A stretch of DNA of 64,000 nucleotides from Candidatus Bathyarchaeota archaeon (GTDB taxonomy: Archaea; Thermoproteota; Bathyarchaeia; Bathyarchaeales; Bathycorpusculaceae): the NCBI GenBank assembly GCA_023512225.1, contig JAIMAA010000001.1, positions 8,876 to 72,875 of the forward strand, given 5' to 3'. The notes beneath the pieces were generated by a model, which was not told the origin of the DNA, ran no database searches, and saw nothing but the letters and a program-made list of their open reading frames with translations. Below are positions 53,434-64,000 of this stretch, piece by piece. Position numbers and translations under genes: made by a program. The stretch's first letter is position 1; each line of letters begins with the position of its first letter.

Positions 53434-55005
53434 GTGATGTCGGGTGTTAAGGAGCCTAGTGTTGATGAGAAGATTAAGCGTTTACGTGAATTAAGCGAAC
53501 AAGCCAAGCTTGGTGGTGGACAAAAGCGAATTGAAGAGCAACACGCTAAAGGCAAGTTAACCGCGCGCGAACGCATCGAGTTACTGCTTGACCCAGGTAG
53601 TTTCAACGAACTCGACCGTTTTGTGGTTCATCAGTGCACGGAGTTTGGCATGGCTGAAAAGAAGTTTTTAGGCGATGGCGTCGTAACGGGCTACGGCACA
53701 ATAGATGGCAGGCTCGTCTACGTTTTCAGTCAGGACTTCACGGTTTTCGGCGGTTCGCTTGGTGAAATGTTCGCCAAAAAAGTCTGCAAGCTCATGGATT
53801 TGGCGTTGAAAACGGGTGCGCCAGTTATAGGCTTAAACGACAGTGGCGGAGCACGCATTCAAGAAGGCGTTGCAAGCCTCGCAGGTTACGGAGACATTTT
53901 CTTCAGGAATGTGATAAGTTCAGGCGTGGTTCCGCAGATAAGCGCCATTATGGGTCCATGCGCAGGCGGAGCCGTTTACTCTCCAGCCCTAACAGACTTC
54001 ATAATTATGGTGGACAAAACAAGCCACATGTTCATTACAGGACCAGACGTAGTCAAAGCCGCACTTGGACAAGAAGTCACATTCGAAGACCTCGGCGGCG
54101 CAATGGTGCACAGCACAACAAGCGGCGTAGCTCACTTCATAGCCCAGAACGAAGAACAAGCAATCCACATTATAAAGAAGCTTTTGAGCTATTTGCCAAG
54201 CAACTACCTGGAAGACCCGCCCGCTGTTGAGCCGACCGATGACCCGAACCGCACAGACGAAGGCTTAGCCCGCATTCTTCCAGATGACCCGGACAAACCC
54301 TACGACGTAAAAGAAATAATAACCCGCGTCGTGGATAACGGCGAATTCTTCGAAATCCAGCCCTTATGGGCGCAGAACATCGTAATTGGCTTTGCGCGTC
54401 TAAACGGCAAAACAGTAGGCATCGTTGCCAATCAGCCCATGCACTACGCTGGTGCATTAGACATAAATAGCAGCATGAAAGCCGGACGTTTCATACGTTT
54501 CTGCGACTGCTTCAACATTCCAATAATCACCTTCGTAGACGTGCCAGGCTTCTTGCCAGGCATAGAACAAGAACACGGCGGAATAATCAAGCACGGTTCT
54601 AAGCTATTGTACGCTTACTGCGAAGCCACCGTGCCCAAAATCACCACGATACTGCGCAAGTCCTACGGCGGAGCCTACGACGTCATGGGCTCTAAGCACA
54701 GCGGCGCAGACATCAACTACGCTTGGCCAACAGCCGAAATCGCAGTGATGGGACCCCACGGCGCAATAAACATAATCTTCCGCAAAGAAATCGCTGAAGC
54801 CAAAAACCCCGAACAAAAAAGAATGGAACTCGTGAGTGAATACCGCCAAAAATTCGCATCGCCCTACATAGCCGCGCAAAAAGGCTACATAGACGAAGTC
54901 ATCGAACCTGCAGAAACCAGACCAAAACTGATCAGCGCCTTGGAAAGCCTTATAACAAAACGTGAACCACGACCACCAAGAAAACACGGAAACATACCAC
55001 TATAA
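53434..55005 (+). CDS. pccB: Acyl-CoA carboxyltransferase (PccB / methylmalonyl-CoA decarboxylase alpha / transcarboxylase 12S-like)
   Basis: [65 protein letters not shown]. Confidence 0.9.
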   Translation: MMSGVKEPSVDEKIKRLRELSEQAKLGGGQKRIEEQHAKGKLTARERIELLLDPGSFNELDRFVVHQCTEFGMAEKKFLGDGVVTGYGTIDGRLVYVFSQDFTVFGGSLGEMFAKKVCKLMDLALKTGAPVIGLNDSGGARIQEGVASLAGYGDIFFRNVISSGVVPQISAIMGPCAGGAVYSPALTDFIIMVDKTSHMFITGPDVVKAALGQEVTFEDLGGAMVHSTTSGVAHFIAQNEEQAIHIIKKLLSYLPSNYLEDPPAVEPTDDPNRTDEGLARILPDDPDKPYDVKEIITRVVDNGEFFEIQPLWAQNIVIGFARLNGKTVGIVANQPMHYAGALDINSSMKAGRFIRFCDCFNIPIITFVDVPGFLPGIEQEHGGIIKHGSKLLYAYCEATVPKITTILRKSYGGAYDVMGSKHSGADINYAWPTAEIAVMGPHGAINIIFRKEIAEAKNPEQKRMELVSEYRQKFASPYIAAQKGYIDEVIEPAETRPKLISALESLITKREPRPPRKHGNIPL

Positions 55006-55012
55006 ACTCGGC

Positions 55013-57236
55013 TTAGGCTTGCACCGTGCTATTTGGCGCGTCAGCATACACAATTTGTTGGCTCTCAATTTTTTGCGGAATTGTTATGGTGAAAGTTGTG
55101 CCCTTGCCCACCATGCTCTCAACAGTTATTATGCCTCCGTGCGCTTCCACTATTCTTTTACAAATTGGCAAACCAAATCCCATACCCTTTGCTTTAGTCG
55201 TAAACAAAGGCGCCCAAATCTTCTCAAGATTCTCTTTCGGAATACCAACGCCCGTGTCAGAAACACTTATCGAGACATAATCCTCGATGCATGAGCAACG
55301 GATAGAAAGTTTGCCGCCGTCAGGCATGGCTTCAATTGCGTTTTTGATGATGTTTATGAGAACTCTCTGCATTTTTGCTATATCAATTCGCAATTCTATG
55401 GCCTCGCAACCTTCACATTCAACTTTTATTGAATCCGGAATCTCCATGGATGACAGAGTCTCCTTTATCAAAACGTCAAGGTTGGTGCTATTCACATCCA
55501 AGTGTATTTCCTTGGCATATTCCAAAAGGTCGTTGATTATCTTGTTAGACCGGTTTATAGCATCTTGGATGATAGTAATCATTTCTTTAGCTCTGCTGTC
55601 TAGCTTATTGTAGTATTTGGTTTTGAGGTAATATACTGCGCCTTGAATTCCCGTCAACGGGTTACGCAAGTCATGTCCCACCATTCCCGCCAATTCTCCT
55701 ATTGCGGCGAGTTTCTGTGCCTTGAAAAGTTGCTGCTCTAACGTTTTGCGTTCACTAATATCTTTTGTTATGGCAACGAACCCGATTGGTTTGCGATTTT
55801 GGTCTCTGATAACACTTGCAGAAAGCTCTGCGGGAAACTCTCGCCCATTTTTTGTAAGAAACGTGTATTCAACGTTCTTCACATATCCCTTCTCTAAGGT
55901 TTCTTTTATTTTTTCTTCAGCTTTTTTATGATCTTTTGGCGCTATAAGGTCAAAGGCGCTTTTTCCAATTAATTCCTCCTTTGACGCGTATTCATGCATT
56001 TTCAATGTTTGCTCATTGCATTCGGTAATAATTCCGTTTAAGTCGGTAGCCGTTATAGCGTCTGGAGAAGCGGAAAGAATACTTTTCAGTTTTTCCTGAT
56101 TTTTCTTCAATTCTTCTGTTCTTTTCTCAACGAGTTCTTCTAAATGCTCGGAGTAATTGCGTAGCTTATGTTCAAGCGTGTCAACTGTTGACAACATTTG
56201 GTTAAATTCTCGTGAAAAATCAGAAAGTTCGTCATTTCCGGTTTCCGGCGCTCTTAATGAGAGATTATGGCTTTTCCTAATTTCTTTGGTTATATTGCTT
56301 ATTTTTTCTATTCGCGCTAGAATAAGTTTCTCTAAAAGTATGAGAAACACGCCGAGGAAAACGAGACCGCCAACAACTATCGAATAGACAATATAATTAT
56401 AGGCTGGCTAAACCTTGCTTGTAGATGTTTCTGGGCATGTCAACTTTAAGAACCAAAATTGGATTTCCATAAACATCACTCAACAACGTATAGCCTAAAA
56501 TTGTGTCGGAATTCTGTGGCTTAACCAAAATCTGTTCACTATCTGCTGAATCAGAACGCATTGACTGAAAGCTCAATTGCAATTGCGGGTCATCTAATCT
56601 CTGTACATTAAGTGTCAAAGCCGTTTTTTGAGTCAATTCTTGAATTTTAGCATCATCCAAATTGCGTCCCATTATAAGGGCTCCGGCAATGGGTCCTTCG
56701 CCACTCGACATTGTAACCGGTCTTGAAGCAATCAGCATTGGTCCTTCTTGAAGAAGCAACAAACCGCTGACATGGTTTGTAGTTTCCGAGTAATTCCATA
56801 AAAGTCCACTGTCTTCAATGTTTGAAAGAAGACTCTGAGAGATTGGAATAGCAGTTTGTTCATACAAGTCAAAAGCCTTACCAAACACGATTTGCCCCGA
56901 AGAATTGATGAAGATCATAGCGTTAAGCTCTGCGTTGATAAAAGTTAAATCAAGAAGGTTAGCTTCAATGTACTCTGTGTTATTATCCATAACAAAATAG
57001 TAAGTGTCGTCCCAACAACTCCAGTCCAACAGAAACCGGTCTAAATCTGCAATCATCCCATCAAGCACGTTTTTGGCACGTTGAACGTTTTCCATCACAT
57101 GCTCTTTTTCTAACTCGCTGAAACTAGACAACACCACAACATAGGCTACAGACGAAAAAATAGCTAGAAGCATAAACACTGTCACGCATACTGCAATAAC
57201 CGATTTTAACCGAAGTTTCATAAACCTACGTGGCAC
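55013..57236 (-). pseudogene. CHASE4-HAMP-PAS histidine kinase split by a one-base frameshift
   Basis: 57236-56397 encodes a TM helix plus CHASE4 (DWSCWDDTY); removing one base near 56399 gives ..GLASL-NYIVYSIVVGGLVFLGVFL.. continuous with the HAMP/PAS/HisKA (HDLRNPL)/HATPase ORF. Confidence 0.75.
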
Positions 57237-57350
57237 TAAAAAAATTAAACACTTATGTAGACTGAATACTTACCGCAAAACAATAGCACACATCAACAAA
57301 ACCAACCTAAACAATTTAATACCGCTTCAATAACCCTTTCTACTCTCCCA

Positions 57351-57375
57351 TTCAACCTATAAATAAGGGGGGCTA
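57351..57375 (+). repeat. Dispersed oriented intergenic motif, copy 3 (core only)
   Basis: TTCAACCTATAAATAAGGGGGGCTA identical to 4905-4929; both copies are followed closely by TACCTTT. Confidence 0.85.
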
Positions 57376-57381
57376 ATACCT

Positions 57382-58926
57382 TTGCCACGCAAACCAGTAA
57401 AGCTCACCGACACGACATTCCGCGACGCGCACCAATCCCTAATGGCTACAAGAATGCGCACAGAAACCATGCTGCCGATAGCCGAAAAAATCGACCAAGT
57501 CGGCTTCTTCTCGCTGGAAATGTGGGGAGGCGCAACCTTCGACGTTGCAATACGCTACTTAGCAGAAAACCCATGGGAACGCATCCGCCAACTAAAACGG
57601 CACATACGAAAGACGCCTTTCCAAATGCTTCTGCGCGGACAAAACATTGTCGGCTACCGCAACTACCCAGACGACGTACTCATAAAATTCGTCGAAAAAG
57701 CCGCGGAAAACGGCATAGACATATTCCGCGTTTTCGACGCTTTGAACGATATTCGCAACATGGAAATCGCCATAAAAACCGTCAAAAAATGCGGCAAGCA
57801 CGCTCAAGGCACAATCTGCTACACCATAAGTCCAGTCCACACAATAAAGTACTATGTAGAATTCGCCAAAAAACTAGCCGAACTAGAGTGCGACAGCATC
57901 TGCATAAAAGACATGGCAGGCATGCTCGCACCACAACCAGCCTACCAACTCATAACCGCCTTAAAAAAAGAAGTAGGCTTACCAGTACACTTGCACTCAC
58001 ACAGCACAAGCGGCATGGTCATGATGACCTATTTGCGCGCTTGCGAAGCAGGCGCAGACATTCTTGACACTGCTTTTTCTCCATTAGCTTGGGGCACATC
58101 CCAGCCTCCAGTCGAGTCAGTTGTAGCTGCACTGAAAGGAACACCATACGATACTGAATTAGACTTAGAACTTCTTAGCGAAATAGCAGAATACTTCAGA
58201 GAACTCCGCGAAAAATACTACGACCCACTAAGACTAATAGACCCAAAAGCAGAACGCGTAGACGCCTCAATAATAGTTCACCAAATCCCAGGCGGAATGT
58301 TCAGCAACCTCCTCGAACAATTAAGAGAGCAGAAAGCCGAACACCGCCTCAAAGAAGTTCTAGAAGAAGTCCCAAAAGTGAGAAAAGAACTTGGTTATCC
58401 ACCGCTTGTCACGCCTACCAGCCAGCTTGTCGGCATCCAAGCAGTTCTCAACGTCATTTCTGGCAAACGCTATAGCATAGTGCCCAAAGAGATTAAGGAT
58501 TACGTGAAAGGCTTATATGGAAAACCGCCAGCCCCAATCGACCCGAAAGTTAAAAAGAAAATAATAGGTGATGAAGAGCCAATAACAACTCGTCCAGCAG
58601 ACCTTCTCGAACCCGCTTTGAACAAAATTCCAGAAGACGTGAAACCCTACATTGAAAATGAAGAAGACAAAATCACATACGCGCTTTTTCCGCAGCAAGC
58701 CTTAGAATTCTTTAAGAAAAGAAAATTGAAACGCGAAGAAGCCAAAGCTGGAATTCCGCCCGAAAGAGTTGAGGAGCTGGAAAAAATTGCTGCGGTTTCT
58801 GTTGCATTAGCAACGTGCCTAGCAAGTTCGCGTGGGATGAAAGCGTTAATTCCAGTCAGAGCCAGAGCTGCCACATCAAATTGGGTTTTGGCTGGCAGAC
58901 AGAGTTTGACGGAATATGGTGCATGA
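57382..58926 (+). CDS. pycB: Pyruvate/oxaloacetate carboxyltransferase (PycB/OadA/transcarboxylase 5S-like), no fused biotin domain
   Basis: RDAHQSLMATR, WGGATFD, QMLLRGQN, IKDMAG, HLHSH, HQIPGGM.SNL, PLVTPTSQ. Confidence 0.88.
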   Translation: MPRKPVKLTDTTFRDAHQSLMATRMRTETMLPIAEKIDQVGFFSLEMWGGATFDVAIRYLAENPWERIRQLKRHIRKTPFQMLLRGQNIVGYRNYPDDVLIKFVEKAAENGIDIFRVFDALNDIRNMEIAIKTVKKCGKHAQGTICYTISPVHTIKYYVEFAKKLAELECDSICIKDMAGMLAPQPAYQLITALKKEVGLPVHLHSHSTSGMVMMTYLRACEAGADILDTAFSPLAWGTSQPPVESVVAALKGTPYDTELDLELLSEIAEYFRELREKYYDPLRLIDPKAERVDASIIVHQIPGGMFSNLLEQLREQKAEHRLKEVLEEVPKVRKELGYPPLVTPTSQLVGIQAVLNVISGKRYSIVPKEIKDYVKGLYGKPPAPIDPKVKKKIIGDEEPITTRPADLLEPALNKIPEDVKPYIENEEDKITYALFPQQALEFFKKRKLKREEAKAGIPPERVEELEKIAAVSVALATCLASSRGMKALIPVRARAATSNWVLAGRQSLTEYGA

Positions 58927-59483
58927 AGATGCCAACATACGAAATTTGCATAGACGGTAAACCAAGAAAAATAGAAGTTACGAAAACAAGCGAAAAATCC
59001 TTCATGGTAAAAGTTGATGATAAACCATTAAATGTGGAATTACAAACAGACTTGTCCATGTTAGAAAAGCAGTTCTGCATAAAAATAAACGACAAAACAT
59101 ACAAAATAGAACTGCCAAAAATCGACCGCGACAAACCTTTCCCAGTAAAAGTTGAAGAAGCAACATTTAAAGCGGAAATAAAAACGCCAACAACTAAACC
59201 CATCCTTACAGTTTTTCAGCCGGTTCCGCTTCAACCCACAAAACGAGCAATAACACAAAGACAAGTCATTGAAGGTGCTGTGCCTGCTCCAATGACAGGC
59301 AAAGTAATCGCAATCAAAGTCAAGAAAGGCGACCAAGTGAAGGCTGGTCAAGTGCTCTGCGTCATAGAAGCCATGAAGATGGAAAATGAGATAACCGCGC
59401 CAAAAGCCGGAGTAATTCAAGAAGCTAACGTTTCTGAAGGCTCTTCAGTGAGCGAAGGCGAAATCCTATTCGTTATTGCCTAA
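58923..59483 (+). CDS. Biotin carboxyl carrier protein
   Basis: [19 protein letters not shown] at 58923 overlaps the preceding stop. Confidence 0.88.
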   Translation: MKMPTYEICIDGKPRKIEVTKTSEKSFMVKVDDKPLNVELQTDLSMLEKQFCIKINDKTYKIELPKIDRDKPFPVKVEEATFKAEIKTPTTKPILTVFQPVPLQPTKRAITQRQVIEGAVPAPMTGKVIAIKVKKGDQVKAGQVLCVIEAMKMENEITAPKAGVIQEANVSEGSSVSEGEILFVIA

Positions 59484-61159
59484 AAGATTGTTGAAGGCTT
59501 GTATTCGCCGAAGACTTCGCGTAGAACGCCGCAAATTTCGCCCAAAGTTGCATATTCTCTTACTGCGTCAAGAACAAAAGGCATAAGATTCATCTTTTCG
59601 TTTTCTGCGGCTTTGCGCAGTTTGCTTAAGGCTTCGTTCACTTTGGTGTTGTTTCTTTCTCTTTTTATCCGTTGTAATCTGGTAATCAAGGTTTTCTCGA
59701 TTTTCGGGTCTATTTGCATAATTTTTATCGGAATCTCTTCTTCCGTTACGAACTCGTTAACGCCTACAACAATTCGTTTCTTGCTTTCAACTTCCTTCTG
59801 ATAGCGATAAGCGCTTTCCGTGATTTCACGTTGCATAAAGCCCTTTTCAATCGCAGTCACAGCTCCGCCCATGCTGTCAATTTGTTCAATGTATTTTTGG
59901 GCTTTCTCCTCAATCTCGTCTGTCAAATACTCAATGTAATATGAACCAGCCAACGGGTCAACAGTATCCACTACACCACTTTCATACGCAATAATCTGCT
60001 GCGTCCTAAGCGCAACCAACACTGCTTGGTCACTTGGCAAAGCGTAAGCTTCATCAAAAGAGTTCGTGTGCAACGACTGTGTTCCACCCAAAACAGCAGC
60101 CAAAGCGTGAAGCGTCGTTCTAACAATGTTGTTGTATGGCTGCTGAGCCGTAAGCAAAACACCTGAAGTTTGTGTGTGAAACCGCAGCATCCATGAAGAC
60201 GGATTTTTCGCTCCGAAACGTTCTCGCATAATTTTTGCCCAAAGTCTGCGGGCTGCGCGGAACTTGGCTATCTCCTCAAAAAAGTTGTTGTGCGCCGCAA
60301 AGAAAAAGGATAATCTGCCAGCGAACTTATCAAGGTCTAAACCGCGACGGATTGCTGCTTGTACGTAAGCGATTGCGTTTGCGAATGTGAAGGCAATTTC
60401 TTGAACTGCAGTAGCACCTGCCTCGCGAATGTGGTAACCGCTTATGCTTATCGTGTTCCACTGTGGCATGTGCTGAGAGCAGTATTCGAAAATATCCGTG
60501 ACCATGCGCATTGAAGGTTTCGGCGGAAAAATGTACATACCTCTAGCAACATACTCCTTTAAAACGTCGTTTTGAACTGTTCCGCCAAGTTTGGACTGTT
60601 CAACGCCTTGTTTTTGCGCAACGGCAATATACATTGCGAGCAAAACGTTTGTAGGCGCGTTTATTGTCATGGAAGTTGTAATCTTGTCCAAAGGGATTCC
60701 ATCAAAAACAGTTTCCATATCCCGCAGTGTGCTGACGCTTACGCCAGCCTTGCCTACTTCGCCACGTGCCATGGGATGGTCGCAGTCGTAGCCGACTTGC
60801 GTTGGAAAGTCAAAAGCGACACTCAAGCCTTTCTGTCCTTGCTCCAGCAAATATTTGAAGCGTTTGTTCGTTTGCTCTGCTGTGCCAAAACCTGCGTACT
60901 GACGCATGGTCCACAATCTCGCCCGATACATTGTTGGGTAAACGCCGCGCGTAAATGGGTATTCGCCTGGAAATCCCAAATCTTGCAAGTAATCATGTTC
61001 TGCGATGTCAACTGGGGTATAAACCCGATTAACTAAAATATCGGAGCTTGTTGCAAATTCTCCTTTTTCTGGGAGTTTTTCAAAACTCTTAGCAACAGTT
61101 TCCCTCTCCCATTTCTCCTTTAGCTTGCGAATTTCCTCTAACTTGCGCCTATCAAACAT
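59480..61159 (-). CDS. mcm: Methylmalonyl-CoA mutase, substrate-binding large subunit
   Basis: [18 protein letters not shown] (Tyr, MCM-type), [19 protein letters not shown]; no B12-binding DxHxxG domain. Confidence 0.88.
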   Translation of the reverse strand: MFDRRKLEEIRKLKEKWERETVAKSFEKLPEKGEFATSSDILVNRVYTPVDIAEHDYLQDLGFPGEYPFTRGVYPTMYRARLWTMRQYAGFGTAEQTNKRFKYLLEQGQKGLSVAFDFPTQVGYDCDHPMARGEVGKAGVSVSTLRDMETVFDGIPLDKITTSMTINAPTNVLLAMYIAVAQKQGVEQSKLGGTVQNDVLKEYVARGMYIFPPKPSMRMVTDIFEYCSQHMPQWNTISISGYHIREAGATAVQEIAFTFANAIAYVQAAIRRGLDLDKFAGRLSFFFAAHNNFFEEIAKFRAARRLWAKIMRERFGAKNPSSWMLRFHTQTSGVLLTAQQPYNNIVRTTLHALAAVLGGTQSLHTNSFDEAYALPSDQAVLVALRTQQIIAYESGVVDTVDPLAGSYYIEYLTDEIEEKAQKYIEQIDSMGGAVTAIEKGFMQREITESAYRYQKEVESKKRIVVGVNEFVTEEEIPIKIMQIDPKIEKTLITRLQRIKRERNNTKVNEALSKLRKAAENEKMNLMPFVLDAVREYATLGEICGVLREVFGEYKPSTIF

Positions 61160-61207
61160 TGTTTAGAGCACCTTAAAACAAGACTGCTTGAGCGGCATAA
61201 AAAATTA

Positions 61208-61657
61208 TCACTGACACCTCGCATCTTCTTCGTTAGCCGTCATAATTCTCGCAGATTCTTTGAAAAGATTCTCAAAAAACTTTTTTTTGAGTTGCGGTCC
61301 TTTTCCAATGCCGGAGCATTCGTTTGTATATGTGAATGCAAATTTGTTGTTTCCCTTGTTTTCTAATTGGAAAGGATAGAACCTGCAGATTAGTGGTCTT
61401 ATCTCGTAAATTGTGCATAAATTATCTTTTAAGAATATACATTTTCCTTCTCTGGTCTTTTTCATAAGATACGCATAAGGTTTAAAGCCTTCAATTTTTT
61501 CGGCAAAACCGCCGATGCTTTTCGAAGTCTTCCGCGATATGTATTCAGCTTCGATTCTCAAAAGAAGAATTTGCCTAACCTTCTCCTCGGTGTCGCCGCA
61601 GCAAATGGCACAGCGCTTGCAAACAAAACGAACATGTTTAGGATACTCAAAGCTCAA
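61208..61657 (-). CDS. YkgJ-family Cys-cluster protein
   Basis: CKRCAICC ... CIFL..CTIYEIRPLICRFYPF. Confidence 0.8.
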   Translation of the reverse strand: MSFEYPKHVRFVCKRCAICCGDTEEKVRQILLLRIEAEYISRKTSKSIGGFAEKIEGFKPYAYLMKKTREGKCIFLKDNLCTIYEIRPLICRFYPFQLENKGNNKFAFTYTNECSGIGKGPQLKKKFFENLFKESARIMTANEEDARCQ

Positions 61658-61778
61658 TATGCTATACGCCCAAATAACTTGGCATCACTTAAAAGTAAAT
61701 AAAACTTTAGGACCGACTGAAATGAATATATAACAACTCCAAATCATAAATATTACAGACATCTCAGGAAGTTCACCG

Positions 61779-62069
61779 TTGAAAATAAAAGTCGAATACC
61801 TCGGTCACATAAAAAACATAATTCGCAGTGTGCGAGAGGAAGAAGTCGAAATCCAAAAAGACGCCTCAATCGCGGACTTACTGGAAGTGCTTTCTGAAAA
61901 GTATGGAGAACCCTTCAGAAAGGCTGTTTACGAACCGAAAGGCACGGACGTGAAAGCAAACTACATCATCACCGTTAACGGGTACCTACTAAACCAATTA
62001 GACGGCGTCAAAACTAAACTCAAACATGGAGACCACGTTATTCTATTGCCAATCGTGAGTGGCGGCTGA
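61779..62069 (+). CDS. MoaD/ThiS/SAMP ubiquitin-like sulfur carrier
   Basis: Beta-grasp size, VNG, C-terminal PIVSGG. Confidence 0.85.
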   Translation: MKIKVEYLGHIKNIIRSVREEEVEIQKDASIADLLEVLSEKYGEPFRKAVYEPKGTDVKANYIITVNGYLLNQLDGVKTKLKHGDHVILLPIVSGG

Positions 62070-62128
62070 AACAAAAACGTTTTAGGTTAAAAGCAACAAT
62101 AAAGAGTTTCTTTCACGGGTGAAAAGTC

Positions 62129-63202
62129 TTGAAGAGAATAAACGCTTTAAAGCAAATAGCCTTTGAAAAGAAAGGCTTCGACGGATTTCTAGTCACAAAC
62201 GAAACAAACCTCATATATCTCACGGGTTTTCCAGGCGCCGCCTGCTTATTAATTCCAAAAAAGGGAGAAAATACAATTTACGTTTACGGCGTTAACTATG
62301 AGCAAGCAAAAGCTGAAGGAAAGGACTTCAAAGTCGAACTTGTAAAACGTGGCGAAAAATTACCTGAAAAACTAAGTGCACAAATGAAGGAGTGTAAAAT
62401 CAAAAAACTTGCAGTAGACACGCTGAGTTATGATGGCTATCGCCTTTTTGCAAAAGCCATGAGAGGCAAAGCAAAACTGAAAATTCAAGGTAAGCTGGTT
62501 TGGGAGCTTCGCAAAGTTAAAGATGAAAAAGAGCTTGAGCTGATGCGAAAAGCCGGAGAACTTACAACTCAAGGAATGAAAGTTGCCCACGAAACGATAA
62601 GAGCTGGAGTGAAAGAGTACGAGGTTGCAGCCGAAATCGAATATGCAATGCGGAAGTGCGGTTGCTGGGGCACAGCCTTCGACACCATAGTGGCTTCTGG
62701 TGTTCGCTCTGCTTTTCCGCATGGTGGCTGCACGGACAGAGAAATCAGAAAAGGCGACTTGGTAGTTGTGGACATAGGCGCCACGTATCACTTTTACCGT
62801 TCAGACATGACAAGAACCTTTGTGGCTGGAGCGCCGTCAGAAAAGCAAAAGAAAATCTACGAAATTGTAAGGCTGGCTCAGGAAAAAGCCTATCAAACCA
62901 TAAAACCCAAGGCAAAAGCAAAAGAAGTTGACGCAGCAGCCAGAAAAGTCATAACAGATGCTGGTTACGGCGAATATTTCGTTCACGGTTTAGGTCACGG
63001 CGTAGGCTTGGAAGTTCATGAACCGCCCGGATTAAGCCCAGAGAGCAAGGACAAGCTGGTTGTTGGTAATGTTGTTACGAATGAGCCTGGCATTTACATT
63101 GCTGGTTTTGGCGGCTTCCGCATAGAAGACACTGTTTTAGTGCAGAAACGCAAAGGTGAAAAATTCACTGATGGTTTGTACATTTTGGAGGTTGCAAGGT
63201 AA
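62129..63202 (+). CDS. Xaa-Pro aminopeptidase/prolidase (M24B)
   Basis: PHG, VDIG..Y.SDMTRT, HGLGHGVGLEVHE, TNEPG.Y, RIED. Confidence 0.9.
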   Translation: MKRINALKQIAFEKKGFDGFLVTNETNLIYLTGFPGAACLLIPKKGENTIYVYGVNYEQAKAEGKDFKVELVKRGEKLPEKLSAQMKECKIKKLAVDTLSYDGYRLFAKAMRGKAKLKIQGKLVWELRKVKDEKELELMRKAGELTTQGMKVAHETIRAGVKEYEVAAEIEYAMRKCGCWGTAFDTIVASGVRSAFPHGGCTDREIRKGDLVVVDIGATYHFYRSDMTRTFVAGAPSEKQKKIYEIVRLAQEKAYQTIKPKAKAKEVDAAARKVITDAGYGEYFVHGLGHGVGLEVHEPPGLSPESKDKLVVGNVVTNEPGIYIAGFGGFRIEDTVLVQKRKGEKFTDGLYILEVAR

Positions 63203-63233
63203 ACAATTTAAATATGCCATATGTCATTGATTA

Positions 63234-63818
63234 TTGTCTGAGGAGATGTCAACTTTGAAAAACATGGCAGTCATAATAATTGACATGCTTAACGATTTTG
63301 TGACTGGCGATTTGAAATGCGAAAGAGCTAGGCATATAATTCCAAACCTAAAAAAGCTGATTGAAGCCGCACGGAAACACGACGTTCCCGTCATCTACAG
63401 CAACGATGCACATTACCCGCAAGATGTTGAGGTTGTTGAAAAATGGGGAAAACACGCCATAAAAGGCACGAAAGGTGCAGAAGTAATCCCTGAGCTCAAA
63501 CCTACCGCGAAAGACTACGTTGTTGAAAAACGCACTTACAGCGGCTTCTATGAAACCGGCTTAGAACCGTTATTGAGAAGCTTATACAAAGGAGAAGGTG
63601 CTAAGGCAGTCATTTTAGGCGGGTTACACACAAACATATGCGTTAGACACACAGCTGCGGACGCCTTCTTCCGAGGATACAAAATAATAATAGCCAAAGA
63701 CGGCGTCGAAGCGTTCACACAGGAAGACCACGAGCAAGGACTGAAATATCTGGAGTACGTTTACAACGCAAAGATAATGACCGTGGACCAAATAATAAGA
63801 GAATTTGGCAAATCCTAA
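63234..63818 (+). CDS. Isochorismatase-family cysteine hydrolase
   Basis: IDMLNDF, KRTYSGF, GLHTNICVRHTA.DA. Confidence 0.88.
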   Translation: MSEEMSTLKNMAVIIIDMLNDFVTGDLKCERARHIIPNLKKLIEAARKHDVPVIYSNDAHYPQDVEVVEKWGKHAIKGTKGAEVIPELKPTAKDYVVEKRTYSGFYETGLEPLLRSLYKGEGAKAVILGGLHTNICVRHTAADAFFRGYKIIIAKDGVEAFTQEDHEQGLKYLEYVYNAKIMTVDQIIREFGKS

Positions 63819-64000
63819 TTTTCTCCGAAGAAATCAAGCAAATACTAGGCTAAAAACCGAGAAAACAGCTATTTTTCTAGGTTAAATTCGAGATGCAAAG
63901 AAAAATTTAAAAGCAACCTATGCATGCATATTGAAGATTGTGTGAGGAGAATGGTAGAAAAATAATTTTTCCCCTCTCCTTTCTCCCCTTATGAGTTGTC

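Noticed and set aside
57351..57375. Motif as a bona fide ORB/oriC
   Set aside because: It has a G-string but lacks the ORB inverted core, clustering, and an adjacent cdc6/orc1 gene; kept only as a hypothesis.
58815..58922. N-terminal extensions given by the ORF track (also at 10634, 11813, 24475, 27452, 28529)
   Set aside because: They overlap neighbouring genes or promoters; downstream starts fit the RBS, coupling and family N-termini better.
63819..64000. Possible RNA gene or repeat at the window end
   Set aside because: No tRNA-like or repeated structure recognisable; the sequence is truncated.

Overview
Archaeal chromosomal region, most consistent with Bathyarchaeia or a similar anaerobic archaeon. 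The lineage is inferred from archaeosine tgtA, TATA-type promoters, GGTGA RBSs, TTG/GTG starts, and Hdr/Mvh expansion without mcr in view. It is a dense redox and carbon-metabolism region: NfnAB with an MvhD-ferredoxin fusion partner, three different HdrA proteins, two MvhG/A-HdrBC operons, a thiol:fumarate-reductase-like pair, tungsten AOR, an ACD-GNAT fusion, and a methylmalonyl-CoA/biotin carboxylase cluster interrupted by a frameshifted histidine kinase. There is also an AbrB(HgcC-like)-arsM-trxB unit. No rRNA, tRNA, CRISPR array or transposase was seen. The most unexpected signals are: (1) a dispersed, oriented 25-43 bp intergenic motif (..TTCAACCTATWWATAAGGGGGGCTA..) in three copies, whose orientation matches kb-scale A/C versus G/T strand-skew domains that ignore gene direction; (2) an RHH-GcvH fusion lacking the lipoyl lysine, next to 11-bp-periodic operator-like repeats at the head of an Hdr/Mvh operon; (3) a shared epsilon/PccX-like docking tail on both the biotin carboxylase and the pyruvate carboxyltransferase. 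All calls were made by eye from motifs; no searches were run.
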